From the NCBI RefSeq assembly GCF_001194135.2, contig NC_068984.1, forward strand, positions 35,873,857 through 35,923,957: a stretch of 50,101 nucleotides of DNA, given 5' to 3'. Of the stretch, positions 9,896-21,456 are shown one piece after another; position 1 is the stretch's first letter; the number at the start of each line of letters is the position of its first letter. The stretch comes from Octopus bimaculoides (lineage: Eukaryota). A program made the translations under genes and the position numbers. Below the pieces are notes generated by a model. That model was not told where the DNA came from. It worked only from the letters and a program-made list of their open reading frames with translations, and did no database searches.

Positions 9896-11012
9896 TGACA
9901 GAAGTAAACATACACGACATAAAATATTGTTTTATGTTTATTCTACGTTGTAATGTTTTATATGTTTTATTAATTGACATTTTTATGTTTCAGGTTCTAT
10001 ATGTCACTGTTTAATTATACCATGTACAAAAGAAGCCTTGGAACTGTCTGAATTTCAAAGAAGTCATATGGTGTGTCTATCTGAAGGTGGAAATAGGTAA
10101 AATCACAGGAAATCCTGGTATCCCGCTTTCTCCTGTTAATAGAGTGACTGTGCAATTTACCAGAGAGGAGAAGGTGTCTACATCCCTCGCCCATCGCCCA
10201 GATTAACTAGGGCTCTCTCACAAGACCCTTCCCTTTTTAAACATAAGTATGGACGATAGTCGTCGTTGCAAGTTATCTGACATAGTAGCACAATTTGCTG
10301 TGAATCCCAGAACAGATGTTAGGTATCTTCACAAACATGGTTACTATGGCAGAGAGGCAAAAAGGAAGTCACTGGTATTTTCTGTCATATCCTCCAATAA
10401 TTCCAAATTTGCAATGTGATCAAGAATTTGAGTGAAAAGATTGAAACCAACAACGGAATATGGCAGCTGATCTGTGATGGTCTAGGGAGCAATTTGGAGC
10501 AATGGTTGTGTGAGACAACAAAACTTCAGATAAATATATGTCCATATTGCAGAAAAAGATTCCTTCCAGATTTTTCGAAGAGTGACATGATTAAAGGAGA
10601 CTCTTTATTTATGAAAGATGGGACTCCTTGCCACACGGATAAAACGACAAAAAGTTTATTGGATGAGAATGGCATTAAACATTTCCATGGCCAAGCAAGT
10701 CAGCAGATGTGAACTTTATTGAAAACGTCTCGGCCATAATGCACAGGACATAAGAAGAAGAAAGCATTTTCAAAGCCAAATCTTTTAAGATTACTGCATG
10801 AAACCTGGCAAGAAATTCTTCATGAGAATATTTGTCATGTGATTATTAACATTCCTAATATGATCTTTGCATTCAAAAATGGAATGGGCATGTCTTCTAA
10901 ATGAGGAATAGTCACATTATGACAATTAACATATAATTTGGATGCATATAATTTTAGATTTAAATCAACTTCAACGATTATGAGGGTATCTGTTTACTTC
11001 TGTAATGTCTGT
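9895..11012 (+). mobile_element. Internally deleted Tc1-type DNA transposon (fourth lineage)
   Basis: TIR remnants acagaagtaaacatac (9898-9913) and gtatctgtttacttctgt (10986-11003). Translation gives ELSEFQRSHMVCLSEGG, SVMV*GAIWSNG, FMKDGTPCHT and WPSKSADVNFIENV (DD34E-type C-terminal motifs). The segment with the first catalytic Asp appears to be missing near 10410. Confidence 0.85.
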
Positions 11013-11561
11013 ATATATATATGGCGGTTGTCTACTCCTTACACAGAGTTTGACCACCTCCTGCACCCACACCTTCTACCTGCCCATGACACTCAGACAC
11101 TCTGTAAAGTGATCAAATATCACTCCGGTGACCGATGTGGAGCAGCTCATTCATGAAAAAATAAATAAATAAATAAAATAAAATAATTTTAAAAAATAAA
11201 TAAACATTTTTAAAAAAATCAAATGAATAAATAAATAAATAACTAAAACAAAATAATATATATAAAAAGATAAAAAANNNNNNNNNNNNNNNNNNNNNNN
11301 NNNNNNNNNNNNNNNNNNNNNNNNNNNNNNNNNNNNNNNNNNNNNNNNNNNNNNNNNNNNNNNNNNNNNNNNNNNNNNNNNNNNNNNNNNNNNNNNNNNN
11401 NNNNNNNNNNNNNNNNNNNNNNNNNNNNNNNNNNNNNNNNNNNNNNNNNNNNNNNNNNNNNNNNNNNNNNNNNNNNNNNNNNNNNNNNNNNNNNNNATTA
11501 TAGACATTCATACATATACATACACCCATATATATACATATTTACAGACATTTTGTTGGAT

Positions 11562-11747
11562 GGTCGTTGACTGTTCAGGAGTTCATCCGCCCTTTGACAG
11601 GTCTTATTTTCCATCCTGCAGGGTGTCCAACAACACCCTCCTCACCAAACAAGCCTGGTGGGGTTGCCAGTTTAGTTGCCGATGACCCGACCATGCAACA
11701 TGTTGTACTGGATTACATGTTACCAGTAGCACTGAAGAGTGACCTGA
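11562..11747. repeat. GC-richer multi-hairpin element between microsatellites (probable TE leader or SINE-like relic)
   Basis: Several local inverted repeats (see findings). It resembles, from memory only, a dispersed octopus repeat. Confidence 0.4.
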
Positions 11748-11748
11748 C

Positions 11749-11779
<31 letters not shown>

Positions 11780-11804
11780 CATAGTGAAAGGGTGACCTCC
11801 TTTG

Positions 11805-11907
11805 ATCATCTTGTTTAAGAACACAACACGCAGCCCTGTCCGGGAATCTAACTCACAACCTCACGATCGCAAAATCGACGCTCTAACATTGAACCATGTG
11901 CCTTCAC

Positions 11908-11910
<3 letters not shown>
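11805..11910 (-). mobile_element. Truncated tRNA-derived SINE head (same type as 9235-9345)
   Basis: Minus strand ggcacatggttcaatgttagagcgtcgattttgcgatcgtgaggttgtgagttagattcccggacagggctgcgtgttgtgttcttaaacaag has A/B-box-like motifs. Confidence 0.65.
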
Positions 11911-11939
<29 letters not shown>

Positions 11940-12693
11940 NNNNNNNNNNNNNNNNNNNNNNNNNNNNNNNNNNNNNNNNNNNNNNNNNNNNNNNNNNNNN
12001 NNNNNNNNNNNNNNNNNNNNNNNNNNNNNNNNNNNNNNNNNNNNNNNNNNNNNNNNNNNNNNNNNNNNNNNNNNNNNNNNNNNNNNNNNNNNNNNNNNNN
12101 NNNNNNNNNNNNNNNNNNNNNNNNNNNNNNNNNNNNNNNNNNNNNNNNNNNNNNNNNNNNNNNNNNNNNNNNNNNNNNNNNNNNNNNNNNNNNNNNNNNN
12201 NNNNNNNNNNNNNNNNNNNNNNNNNNNNNNNNNNNNNNNNNNNNNNNNNNNNNNNNNNNNNNNNNNNNNNNNNNNNNNNNNNNNNNNNNNNNNNNNNNNN
12301 NNNNNNNNNNNNNNNNNNNNNNNNNNNNNNNNNNNNNNNNNNNNNNNNNNNNNNNNNNNNNNNNNNNNNNNNNNNNNNNNNNNNNNNNNNNNNNNNNNNN
12401 NNNNNNNNNNNNNNNNNNNNNNNNNNNNNNNNNNNNNNNNNNNNNNNNNNNNNNNNNNNNNNNNNNNNNNNNNNNNNNNNNNNNNNNNNNNNNNNNNNNN
12501 NNNNNNNNNNNNNNNNNNNNNNNNNNNNNNNNNNNNNNNNNNNNNNNNNNNNNNNNNNNNNNNNNNNNNNNNNNNNNNNNNNNNNNNNNNNNNNNNNNNN
12601 NNNNNNNNNNNNNNNNNNNNNNNNNNNNNNNNNNNNNNNNNNNNNNNNNNNNNNNNNNNNNNNNNNNNNNNNNNNNNNNNNNNNNNNNNNNNN

Positions 12694-12942
12694 TGTAATC
12701 TTTTTATTATATTTATCTTATGATATTTACTTTACTTTATATTATACTCATTTATTGTGCTTTTAATTATTAATTTTTCTATATGTGATAGTGGATTTTC
12801 ATCGATGAGTTCTTGAAAATTGGTTATTTTCCCTAAAACTATATATTTTATATATACTTTATCTATAAGGCTCAATTTAATTTTAATCTTTTTATAAATT
12901 GATTTTAATTGAGTTTTTTACCTGTAATTTTGGATTCTGTCC

Positions 12943-12945
<3 letters not shown>
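12694..12945. repeat. Unclassified AT-rich interspersed repeat, copy B
   Basis: Homologous to 4165-4400 in the same orientation; also directly right of a gap and followed by a dinucleotide tract. Confidence 0.75.
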
Positions 12946-12987
<42 letters not shown>

Positions 12988-13508
12988 ATAGGGAGAGAGA
13001 GAAAGAGAGAGATGAACATATACATACATACATTCACACACACACATGGGCGCGCTTCGTTTCATGTAGCGCAGTTCTATTGTTGATTTAATGATATAAA
13101 AATATCAGCATAACACACATGGAAACTGCCTTTCCGAAACTGATACATGTGTTTTAAATAATACTGTATATCTAATGTGACCGAATCCAGATAACTAGTT
13201 TATTTGAAGGAAGCTAAAAGACACTGAGAAAATATTTACCTCCTTTAACAGTAATCATGTGCATCGTCTCTGTCGTTTTGCGGGATTCTAAGAATACAGC
13301 AAAAGAACATATTTTTTTCTGGAAATGTCATTCACAGAGACTCGTTACAATATGTTCTCAGCTTTTGTTTACGGTGATAACTTCAAAATGAATTTTGCAT
13401 GTGTTTTTTTATCCGTATACACACCCACCAATTCATTCACATAGACTGATGCATTCTCCGTGCAGGTACTAAGATCAGCGACACAACATCATTAAAACAA
13501 TGAGAAGT

Positions 13509-13539
<31 letters not shown>

Positions 13540-16500
13540 GACAGAGAGAGCGAGAGAGAGAGAGAGAGGTGGGATTAAGATTGAAATTTTCTTTGAGGTT
13601 GATGAGAGATGCCTTGAGAAATGATTTTTCCATTGCAAGCACAAGCAGCAAGTAGAGCTGAGGAGATTGACAGACGGAAGGAGGAACATAATAATAAACT
13701 GGTAGAATGAACGTGAGAAATAAATCGGTGAGACAGAAGAGATTTTAGAATAAGAGGGATGGAGGCAATGCTGCAGGGTATATTCTAGAATCAAGCTGAA
13801 TGAATAAAACAAAAGGATGTGACAGCTAACGCCATATCAGATTACAATGCGTATATACATAACAGGAAATAAAAGAGAGGTCAGACCGTAAACTGAACGA
13901 TCAATCATGACTACAGAATTAAGTGTCATTCAATTAAAGAATGTTTTTATTCACTTGAAGATCCCTGGCTATAGGAAATCAACTTGAGGTTTTGAAAATG
14001 ATATCGAACAAGAATTTCCACTCAATCAATCATGTAAATAAAGGTCTGTATAGAAGTATGTCTCTTTATATATGCGTGGATCCCTGCATAGTATAAATGC
14101 TGCTTTGTGTGTCTGCGTGTGTTTCAGCAGAAATATGTTGTATGAAATGAAGATAGGAAGTATCTATATAAGAATGAGAACATTGTGAATTTAAATGAAT
14201 TATTTCCGTATTAAATATTCAGCAATGATTTACTTTTCGAAATAAATCTTAAATTGCAGAGAATACGTGAACGTGGGTGTGGGTATGCAACGGATACGTT
14301 TACAATGTAATATCTGTGTGAGCAGGTGTATATTAACTAACAAATNNNNNNNNNNNNNNNNNNNNNNNNNNNNNNNNNNNNNNNNNNNNNNNNNNNNNNN
14401 NNNNNNNNNNNNNNNNNNNNNNNNNNNNNNNNNNNNNNNNNNNNNNNNNNNNNNNNNNNNNNNNNNNNNNNNNNNNNNNNNNNNNNNNNNNNNNNNNNNN
14501 NNNNNNNNNNNNNNNNNNNNNNNNNNNNNNNNNNNNNNNNNNNNNNNNNNNNNNNNNNNNNNNNNNNNNNNNNNNNNNNNNNNNNNNNNNNNNNNNNNNN
14601 NNNNNNNNNNNNNNNNNNNNNNNNNNNNNNNNNNNNNNNNNNNNNNNNNNNNNNNNNNNNNNNNNNNNNNNNNNNNNNNNNNNNNNNNNNNNNNNNNNNN
14701 NNNNNNNNNNNNNNNNNNNNNNNNNNNNNNNNNNNNNNNNNNNNNNNNNNNNNNNNNNNNNNNNNNNNNNNNNNNNNNNNNNNNNNNNNNNNNNNNNNNN
14801 NNNNNATATACAGATATATATACAGACATACGCATATACACACACACCTGTACATAAGCACATGTGCGTGTATTTATCGTTGTGTGTACCTAATAGTATT
14901 TCCATACATAGTTGCAAACTTGGAGTTACGTCACCAATACACAGAAATGTCTAAACTTAGACTTGTAGACATTTGACCTGTCTGCTACTACAATGAACTA
15001 TCCCCAAAATTTAAACTCTCTCTAGTAATATCAATTAAGTGCTGTCATTCAAACCAGTAGAAGATCAACACCAATAATTCAACCTTCTACTGATAATTTA
15101 AATTAACTCCATTTACAAGGTAAATACGAGTAGAGGTAATGATTCTCCCAATCCATTCTACACTCCTTAATGACTTTCTTTCTTTCTTTTTTTTTTCTTA
15201 AACACTCAACATCCTCCGAAGCACACTCTTATAAAACCTGCAAACTAGAGTCGTAAATATCCCAGCTTGGGTAGACACTGCATAAACTGTGAATATATAT
15301 GTACTAGCGTGTTTATATTTGTGTGCGTGTGTGTGCGTGCATGTGTATGTTATTGTAACTTATGAATGTCTCTTAGTGCCATTAAGTTTTTCAGGTCCTA
15401 CAATTATTTATTTCTCCCGTGTATTTCCACGTACATACCATAATTAACCTTTCCCTTCTTTCCAGTGAGAGAATATAATTCATCCTTCACTAATTGCGGA
15501 ATTGTCTACGCATATGAGTTATAATTATAGTAATGTATAGCATTGAACCTGAATTAGTAATTTCACTATTGATTGAAAGGTCACGCGATCAAATTCATTC
15601 CATGACATAATTCTGCCCAACGCAGGTTTATATAGCTGTCCCACTGATGTCAGAAGCCAATGATTGCAAGGGAAATTCAGGCTATGTTCAATGCAATGCA
15701 CGTGTTTTAGTCTTAAACAAACGTTTAAGTATAACTCTAACTGAAAGAGTTCAGTTTACAGAGACCAACTGTTCTGTAAAAGTACGATATGTCATCTATT
15801 TTTATGACTTTGTTCTCCGGGAGTATACATTGAAATAAAAACTAATGCATTTGTTATTTAATCCAACAGAATTATAATCTCACTCGTGTAACTGTAAGAA
15901 ACGCTACAACATTCTGTCACATGATGTTCTTTTAAAGTGAAATGTACAATTTTATAAGTTTTTCCCCATTTTTGGCTATTTATTAAGCTGCAACTGAAAA
16001 ACTGAGATCTCCATTTTCACAGAAGATGCCTATTTCCCCATCCCCCATAACCCTCGTAACCTTTCAGGATGATTATTCATCGTACTTTCAAACATTTATC
16101 GTATATTGTCACGATATGAACTGTAAATGCACACGTCATCCATTCTAATACATGTATATTATGTGTTTCTGTCTTTTCAGTACTCATCAACTCGTGCTTC
16201 TACAAAGTTTCATCTTTTCAGTAATGCTATATTAGAAATAACTAGTCTGTTTTATTCCTAACTTCAATTTTTCTGAAGTAATATCATATTGAATACTTAT
16301 TACACTGACGAGCAAATATAATCCGACCTTCGCGCAAGTGTTCCAACTCCTTACGACAGGCCTTCTCCTATTATATAATCTGCTTATCAGTTTACGCCCG
16401 AAGAGTGTAGTTATAGTTTCTTTTCTTTTACTTCATCTCGAGCGAAGATATATTTCTAATGTTGTATACTCCTAAGATTGATGCAACATGGAAATCTGGT

Positions 16501-17742
16501 ACACACGTTTGCTACTTCGTAGAAATCACTTGTGCATCAATGCTTTCTAGTTTACTACAAGTTATTTAATAGCAATGTGTTGGAACATAACTACAGGTTA
16601 CGCGGTGAATATTCAGGTGATGAGAGATTTATTAAGTGAAGAAAAGGACTGTCTTGTAAATAATTCCTTGCAGTGTACATATTTGGATATCTAATATTGA
16701 ACACGTGAAGCCTGATATTAAGCAGAAGAGAGAACTAAAAAAAAAAAAACTCTCAAGTATACAGACATTTGACATCCAAAACTAAATGAAATCATTTAAG
16801 AGAGTTGCAGTGTATGATAATAGCTTCTTATGTTACAACGGTCTTCTTAGTTGTTTGGTGCAAATGATTATACGCAAAAAGAAAAGAGTTACTTTTTGTT
16901 AAGGCTGGAAGGAAAACTTCATCTGTTCAAATTAAATGTAAGTTACTTTTTAAGTCTTCTTTCCATATTGTTCGAAGGATTATACAGTATTAGACCCTAT
17001 TTCGGATGCTGTTCGATATATATGACTCGGCCTTTAGAGCATATTTATAAATTCAAGTAATCACTAAATCGGATAAATTTTCCTTCTAATTGTCATTTAT
17101 CTTTTACGTGTTTCAATCATTGAACCGCAGTCATGCTGTTGCAAGGTCTTGTGCTATATAGTCAGCAAATAAAATTATGCATAAATTTCTTGCAGGTGAA
17201 GTTGTTCGCATGTGTGCCCTCGGAAGTGAAAGCAAACCTCTGCCGAAAAGCTAAAATTTTGCTTTATACTGAACAGTTTCGATTATGGGTAGGCGATTAT
17301 GCAAAGAGAAGAAACTTTTTCTATCCAAAGGTGAAGCAAAAGTCTAATGATTCTATGAAGGTGTTAGTTGTTCTGAACTATGCTGCTCAAACTACAGGTG
17401 ATAACTCTTGTGTTGATTATGAATTAATTTTCATGATCTTGTTTGCGTAGGTAAACAACTATAATTTTCGAACTGAATTATTTAATGAATTATTGTTGAA
17501 TTTCAATAATCTTAACTTCCTTCAAATTTTCAAAATGCTTGGATCCCTAAAATTACTCCATGCTTGAGAACCCTCCGTTTATTGAAAGCAACAAAATCAT
17601 ACTTTAAATTTTAGGAAACAGCCCTGAACACCCTACGTTATTTTTTAATAATAAATAAATCTTTTGAAAAGGCTGATTTCTTATTCAACATTTCCAATAA
17701 ATTTTAGCCACCATTCAGCTTCAAAGATTCTAACAATCCACC

Positions 17743-18185
17743 TCTCAGATACCGGTTGAGCCATCTAGGGAAGCGGCCCCCTGGACAACAATTAACGTCT
17801 ATTATAATGCTAAATAATAGCAGTAGGAATGTGAGAACATTTTTATAAATGAATTTAGAAGCGCCGAGTGATTAGGTATTTTACAAAAAATCAATAAATC
17901 AGCTTACAAGATTGTAGGTTAAATACCTTAGAAGGCAGAAAAAGTATCGAACAGCGGCTATAGGAAATCGAAACGTATCCCTCTCAGATACCGACTGAGT
18001 GCTCTCTACCAAGATATTCCTCGTTAGAACTACACTTTATATTCTATAAAATACCGGCGCCTCTAACTTTGCTAATATAAATGTTCTCAAATTCGAAATG
18101 ATATCATTTAGCATTATTATAGAGGGTACTTGTTTTCAGAAGCCGCTTAAGTTAATGATTCACTGTGCTCACCCAGTATCTGAGA
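17743..18185. repeat. Long imperfect inverted repeat (MITE/fold-back-like); arms about 17743-17866 and 18055-18185
   Basis: Left ctcagataccggttgagc...tctattataatgctaaataatagc..gtgagaacattt..ttagaagcgccg versus reverse complement of right, ctcagatactgggtgagc...tctataataatgctaaatgatatc..ttgagaacattt..ttagaggcgccg. Confidence 0.75.
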
Positions 18186-18314
18186 AATACAGGGCTCGAT
18201 TCTCTTTAACTATCTACTGGCTATTTGTTTTCATATTCTGAGGGTATTTAGAACTATTCTGCGTTCGAGATTTACGTAATTATTCTGTAAAATACCAATT
18301 ATCTTGGCGCTTTT

Positions 18315-18315
<1 letters not shown>

Positions 18316-18389
<74 letters not shown>

Positions 18390-18416
18390 GTAGGTAGGTA
18401 GGTGGGTTGGTAGGTG
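18316..18416. repeat. (GATA)n microsatellite grading into (GGTA)n
   Basis: Direct reading. Confidence 0.97.
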
Positions 18417-19846
18417 TGCGCATGAGTGAAACACAATAAATGGAGGTGATAATGAAGTTACGGAATTCCAATGATGATGATGCTGATGATGACGATGATG
18501 ATGACACAAAAACGACAATGAGGACGAATTTCACTATGACGACGAAAACACGGACCATATTCATAATAACATGTCAGTGAAAATTTCGATCTGCTTATAA
18601 CGATTAATCTGTTCTAAATTTGACTATGCTCTTCTCTTCACAACTGACTTCCGCAATTCTGAAGTACGGTGAAATACTTGCTTCAAAATTTAAGTCTCAT
18701 TTGACTGAAATGTGATTAAGTACCTTATCACGTGCTTCAATCTGTAATCAAATGAATAAATGTTATAGAATAATATCGGCTTTCTTTAATTGCATATGTA
18801 TTTCTAATTATCTTAATAATGATTAATACCTCAAGCATATTAATCGTGATTTGACTTTTAATACGTAGCATGCTTTATACAAATATCTAATTATATTTGT
18901 TATATGTTCTAGACATATTATTCATGAAATATTAATATTTAGAAACCATTGAATATATTGCTTACTATAACAGTACAGTTTTACTAACTTGTGAATGTTG
19001 ACATGATTCAGTCACATTACATTCGTCACATTGGCATATAGAAGATAGTGGTAGATATAAAAATTAACAATATATAAACTATATATATAAAATATATATA
19101 TAAAATATATATGCTCATCTTACTACATCGTGAATGACCAGTGACTGTAAAACCAGATATATGAGGATGTATGCATTTCTTTGAATTTACAGTTTAACTA
19201 TTCTGATATTATCCATACCATTACTGTTGCTCATAAGAATTATCGTTTTTTCAGTTTGTTACAGCTAATTATTGAAATCATCGTTTGGCAGATAGCTTAC
19301 AAAAATCTTGTTTCCATGGCAGTGTATGCATGCATGCGGATTCACCTTCAATGTGCATGTGTAAGTCGGTTAAAGGTGCTTGAATGTGTGTGTCTCGATG
19401 AGTGTGTGCGCCTGTGTAGTGTGCGTGCGTGTGTGATTGCTGGTGCGATGATGTGCATAATCCAACCATTTGATCTCTTGTAATATGAACAGAAGTATAT
19501 GTCTTCTGACCGTAAGCAAATCACCTGCTAACATTCTCTTTTTTATATGTCTTTTCTTCTTAAATTATTATTTAACGTGTTATTACAACTTCGTAATTCA
19601 TTTTTGATATTTGCATTAATCAAAGCAGTTCATTATAGCCCCGTAAATTGTAATTAATTCCGTACGTTGCAGTGCGCAAACATTAAAAACACTTGGTCCA
19701 CACTGAAGAATGATTTATGTTATGTAATTTGTCACTCTTGATGATGATCATTTTCTATCGACTTTTGATTTGAGTATATAACATAACGATGAGAGATATT
19801 TATATGCATGGACTGTATGCACTATATGTGAGTGTTTGTGGGTGAA

Positions 19847-19918
<72 letters not shown>

Positions 19919-20107
19919 CGTGCGTGTGTGTGTGTGTGTGTGTGTGTGTAATTGAAATTTACAGTTATATGAACAATAAGCAGATGTATTTGTTTGAGGC
20001 TCGGGAAAGTAAGGATGTCTTTTACGTTTCGAGCCTACGCTCTTCATATATATATATGTATATATGTATATACTTGTGTGTGTGTGTGTGTGTGTTTGTG
20101 TGTGTGC

Positions 20108-20141
<34 letters not shown>

Positions 20142-20568
20142 GTGTAACATAAAGATGGATAGGTGTCACTTCATTACACCTGTTTCCAACGAAATTTTTA
20201 ATTGATTAATTAGTACGTTATATCATTATAAAAACCGTTTTCTTGAGATGAATATATGGACCAAACAATTCAGAACATTTAGAAATAATTTAAAAATCAC
20301 AGCATGTGCATATTTCATGGTTGAACGATTAATATCGTAAAATCAGTTTGCCAAATCAAAACAAATCAAATTAAAGTGGTTTTATAGGAGTTCACAGCTC
20401 TACAACATATGTGGGAACTGTGTTTTAAGATTCATAGTCTTGATGTGGGTTAGATAGTATGGTTGGGAGGGGGCAGACAGCTGAACGGCTCCTCTATACA
20501 ATTAAGAAAGAGATAGTTCCTTTTATCTTATGATACAATCCAACTAGAGTTATAGGGTTAAATGAAAC

Positions 20569-20646
20569 TACAGGATTCGCATTAACTTATAAAATACATG
20601 ATTCACATTAACTTATAAAATACAGGATTCACATTAACTTATAAAT
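20569..20646. repeat. 26-bp minisatellite, 3 copies
   Basis: tacaggattcgcattaacttataaaa / tacatgattcacattaacttataaaa / tacaggattcacattaacttataaat. Confidence 0.95.
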
Positions 20647-21020
20647 TTATTACTAACTTATTAATTTATTATTAAAAGTATGTTTCATGGAGAGATAATA
20701 GACTTCTACTATAAGTAGAAACGGGTGTAAAGGAGAAATGAGTATAAACAATGAATAGTATACCACAACACCATTGTAACTCGTTGGCAAAAATGTGAGG
20801 ATTGCAATGGTTCTTACCTTGATGAATAAAATACCCGCTTTGTTGCAATATATTGTGATGAATTTCATCTTTCAAAACGTTGCTTAATTTTCATTCCGCC
20901 TTATTAGTACAATGGAAATAAGATATTTCAAATACAGTATAACAGGATACATTATAATAGCAGGTAAAGTGCATATTTGTAGCCTAAAATTAATGATAAT
21001 AAAATAATCGTAGAATGGTA

Positions 21021-21456
21021 TCTCTTTTACTCTTTTACTTGTTTCAGTCATTTGACTGCGACCATGCTGGAGCACCACCTTTAGTCGAGCAAATCGACCC
21101 CAGGACTTATTCTTTGTAAGCCTAGTACTTATTCTATCGGTCTCTTTAGCCGAACTGCTAAGTTACAGGGGACGTAAACATACCAGCGTCGGTTGTCAAG
21201 CGATGTTGGGGGGACACAGACACAAACATATACACACACATACATATATATATATACATACATATATACGACGGGTTTCTTTCAGTTTCCGTCTACCAAA
21301 TCCACTCACAAGGCTTTGGTCGGCCCGAGGCTATAGTAGAAGACACTTGCCCAAGGTGCCACGCTGTGGGAATGAACCCGGAACCATGTGGTTGGTAAGT
21401 AAGCTATTTACCACACAGCCACTCCTGCGCCTATATAGCCACTCCTGCGCCTATAT
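21021..21456 (-). mobile_element. Full-length, little-diverged tRNA-derived SINE (octopus-type)
   Basis: Minus strand: head ataggcgcaggagtggctgtgtggtaa (A box), ggttcattccc (B box-like), ccttgggcaagtgtcttc, an internal TA/CA microsatellite, central gatagaataagtac...ctggggtcgat and a 3' tail aagtaaaagagtaaaagag. Confidence 0.88.

Noticed and set aside
9235-11910. tRNA-like A/B boxes at 9235-9345 and 11805-11910 as tRNA genes
   Set aside because: No complete cloverleaf or acceptor stem, and they continue into SINE body sequence.
1471-14917. Long ORFs containing X runs (e.g. 1471-2517, 11802-12698, 14230-14847)
   Set aside because: They are open only because they cross N gaps.
17196-17254. Plus-strand terminal-exon-like frame GEVVRMCALGSESKPLPKS* after ttcttgcag
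   Set aside because: Isolated, no homologue recognised, no phase-linked upstream exon; expected by chance in AT-rich DNA. The same applies to AG-flanked frames near 23400, 26336, 35928 and 45394.
20569-20646. Regular 26-bp repeats as a possible CRISPR-like array
   Set aside because: Units are adjacent with no spacers, there are no cas genes, and the context is eukaryotic; a simple minisatellite.
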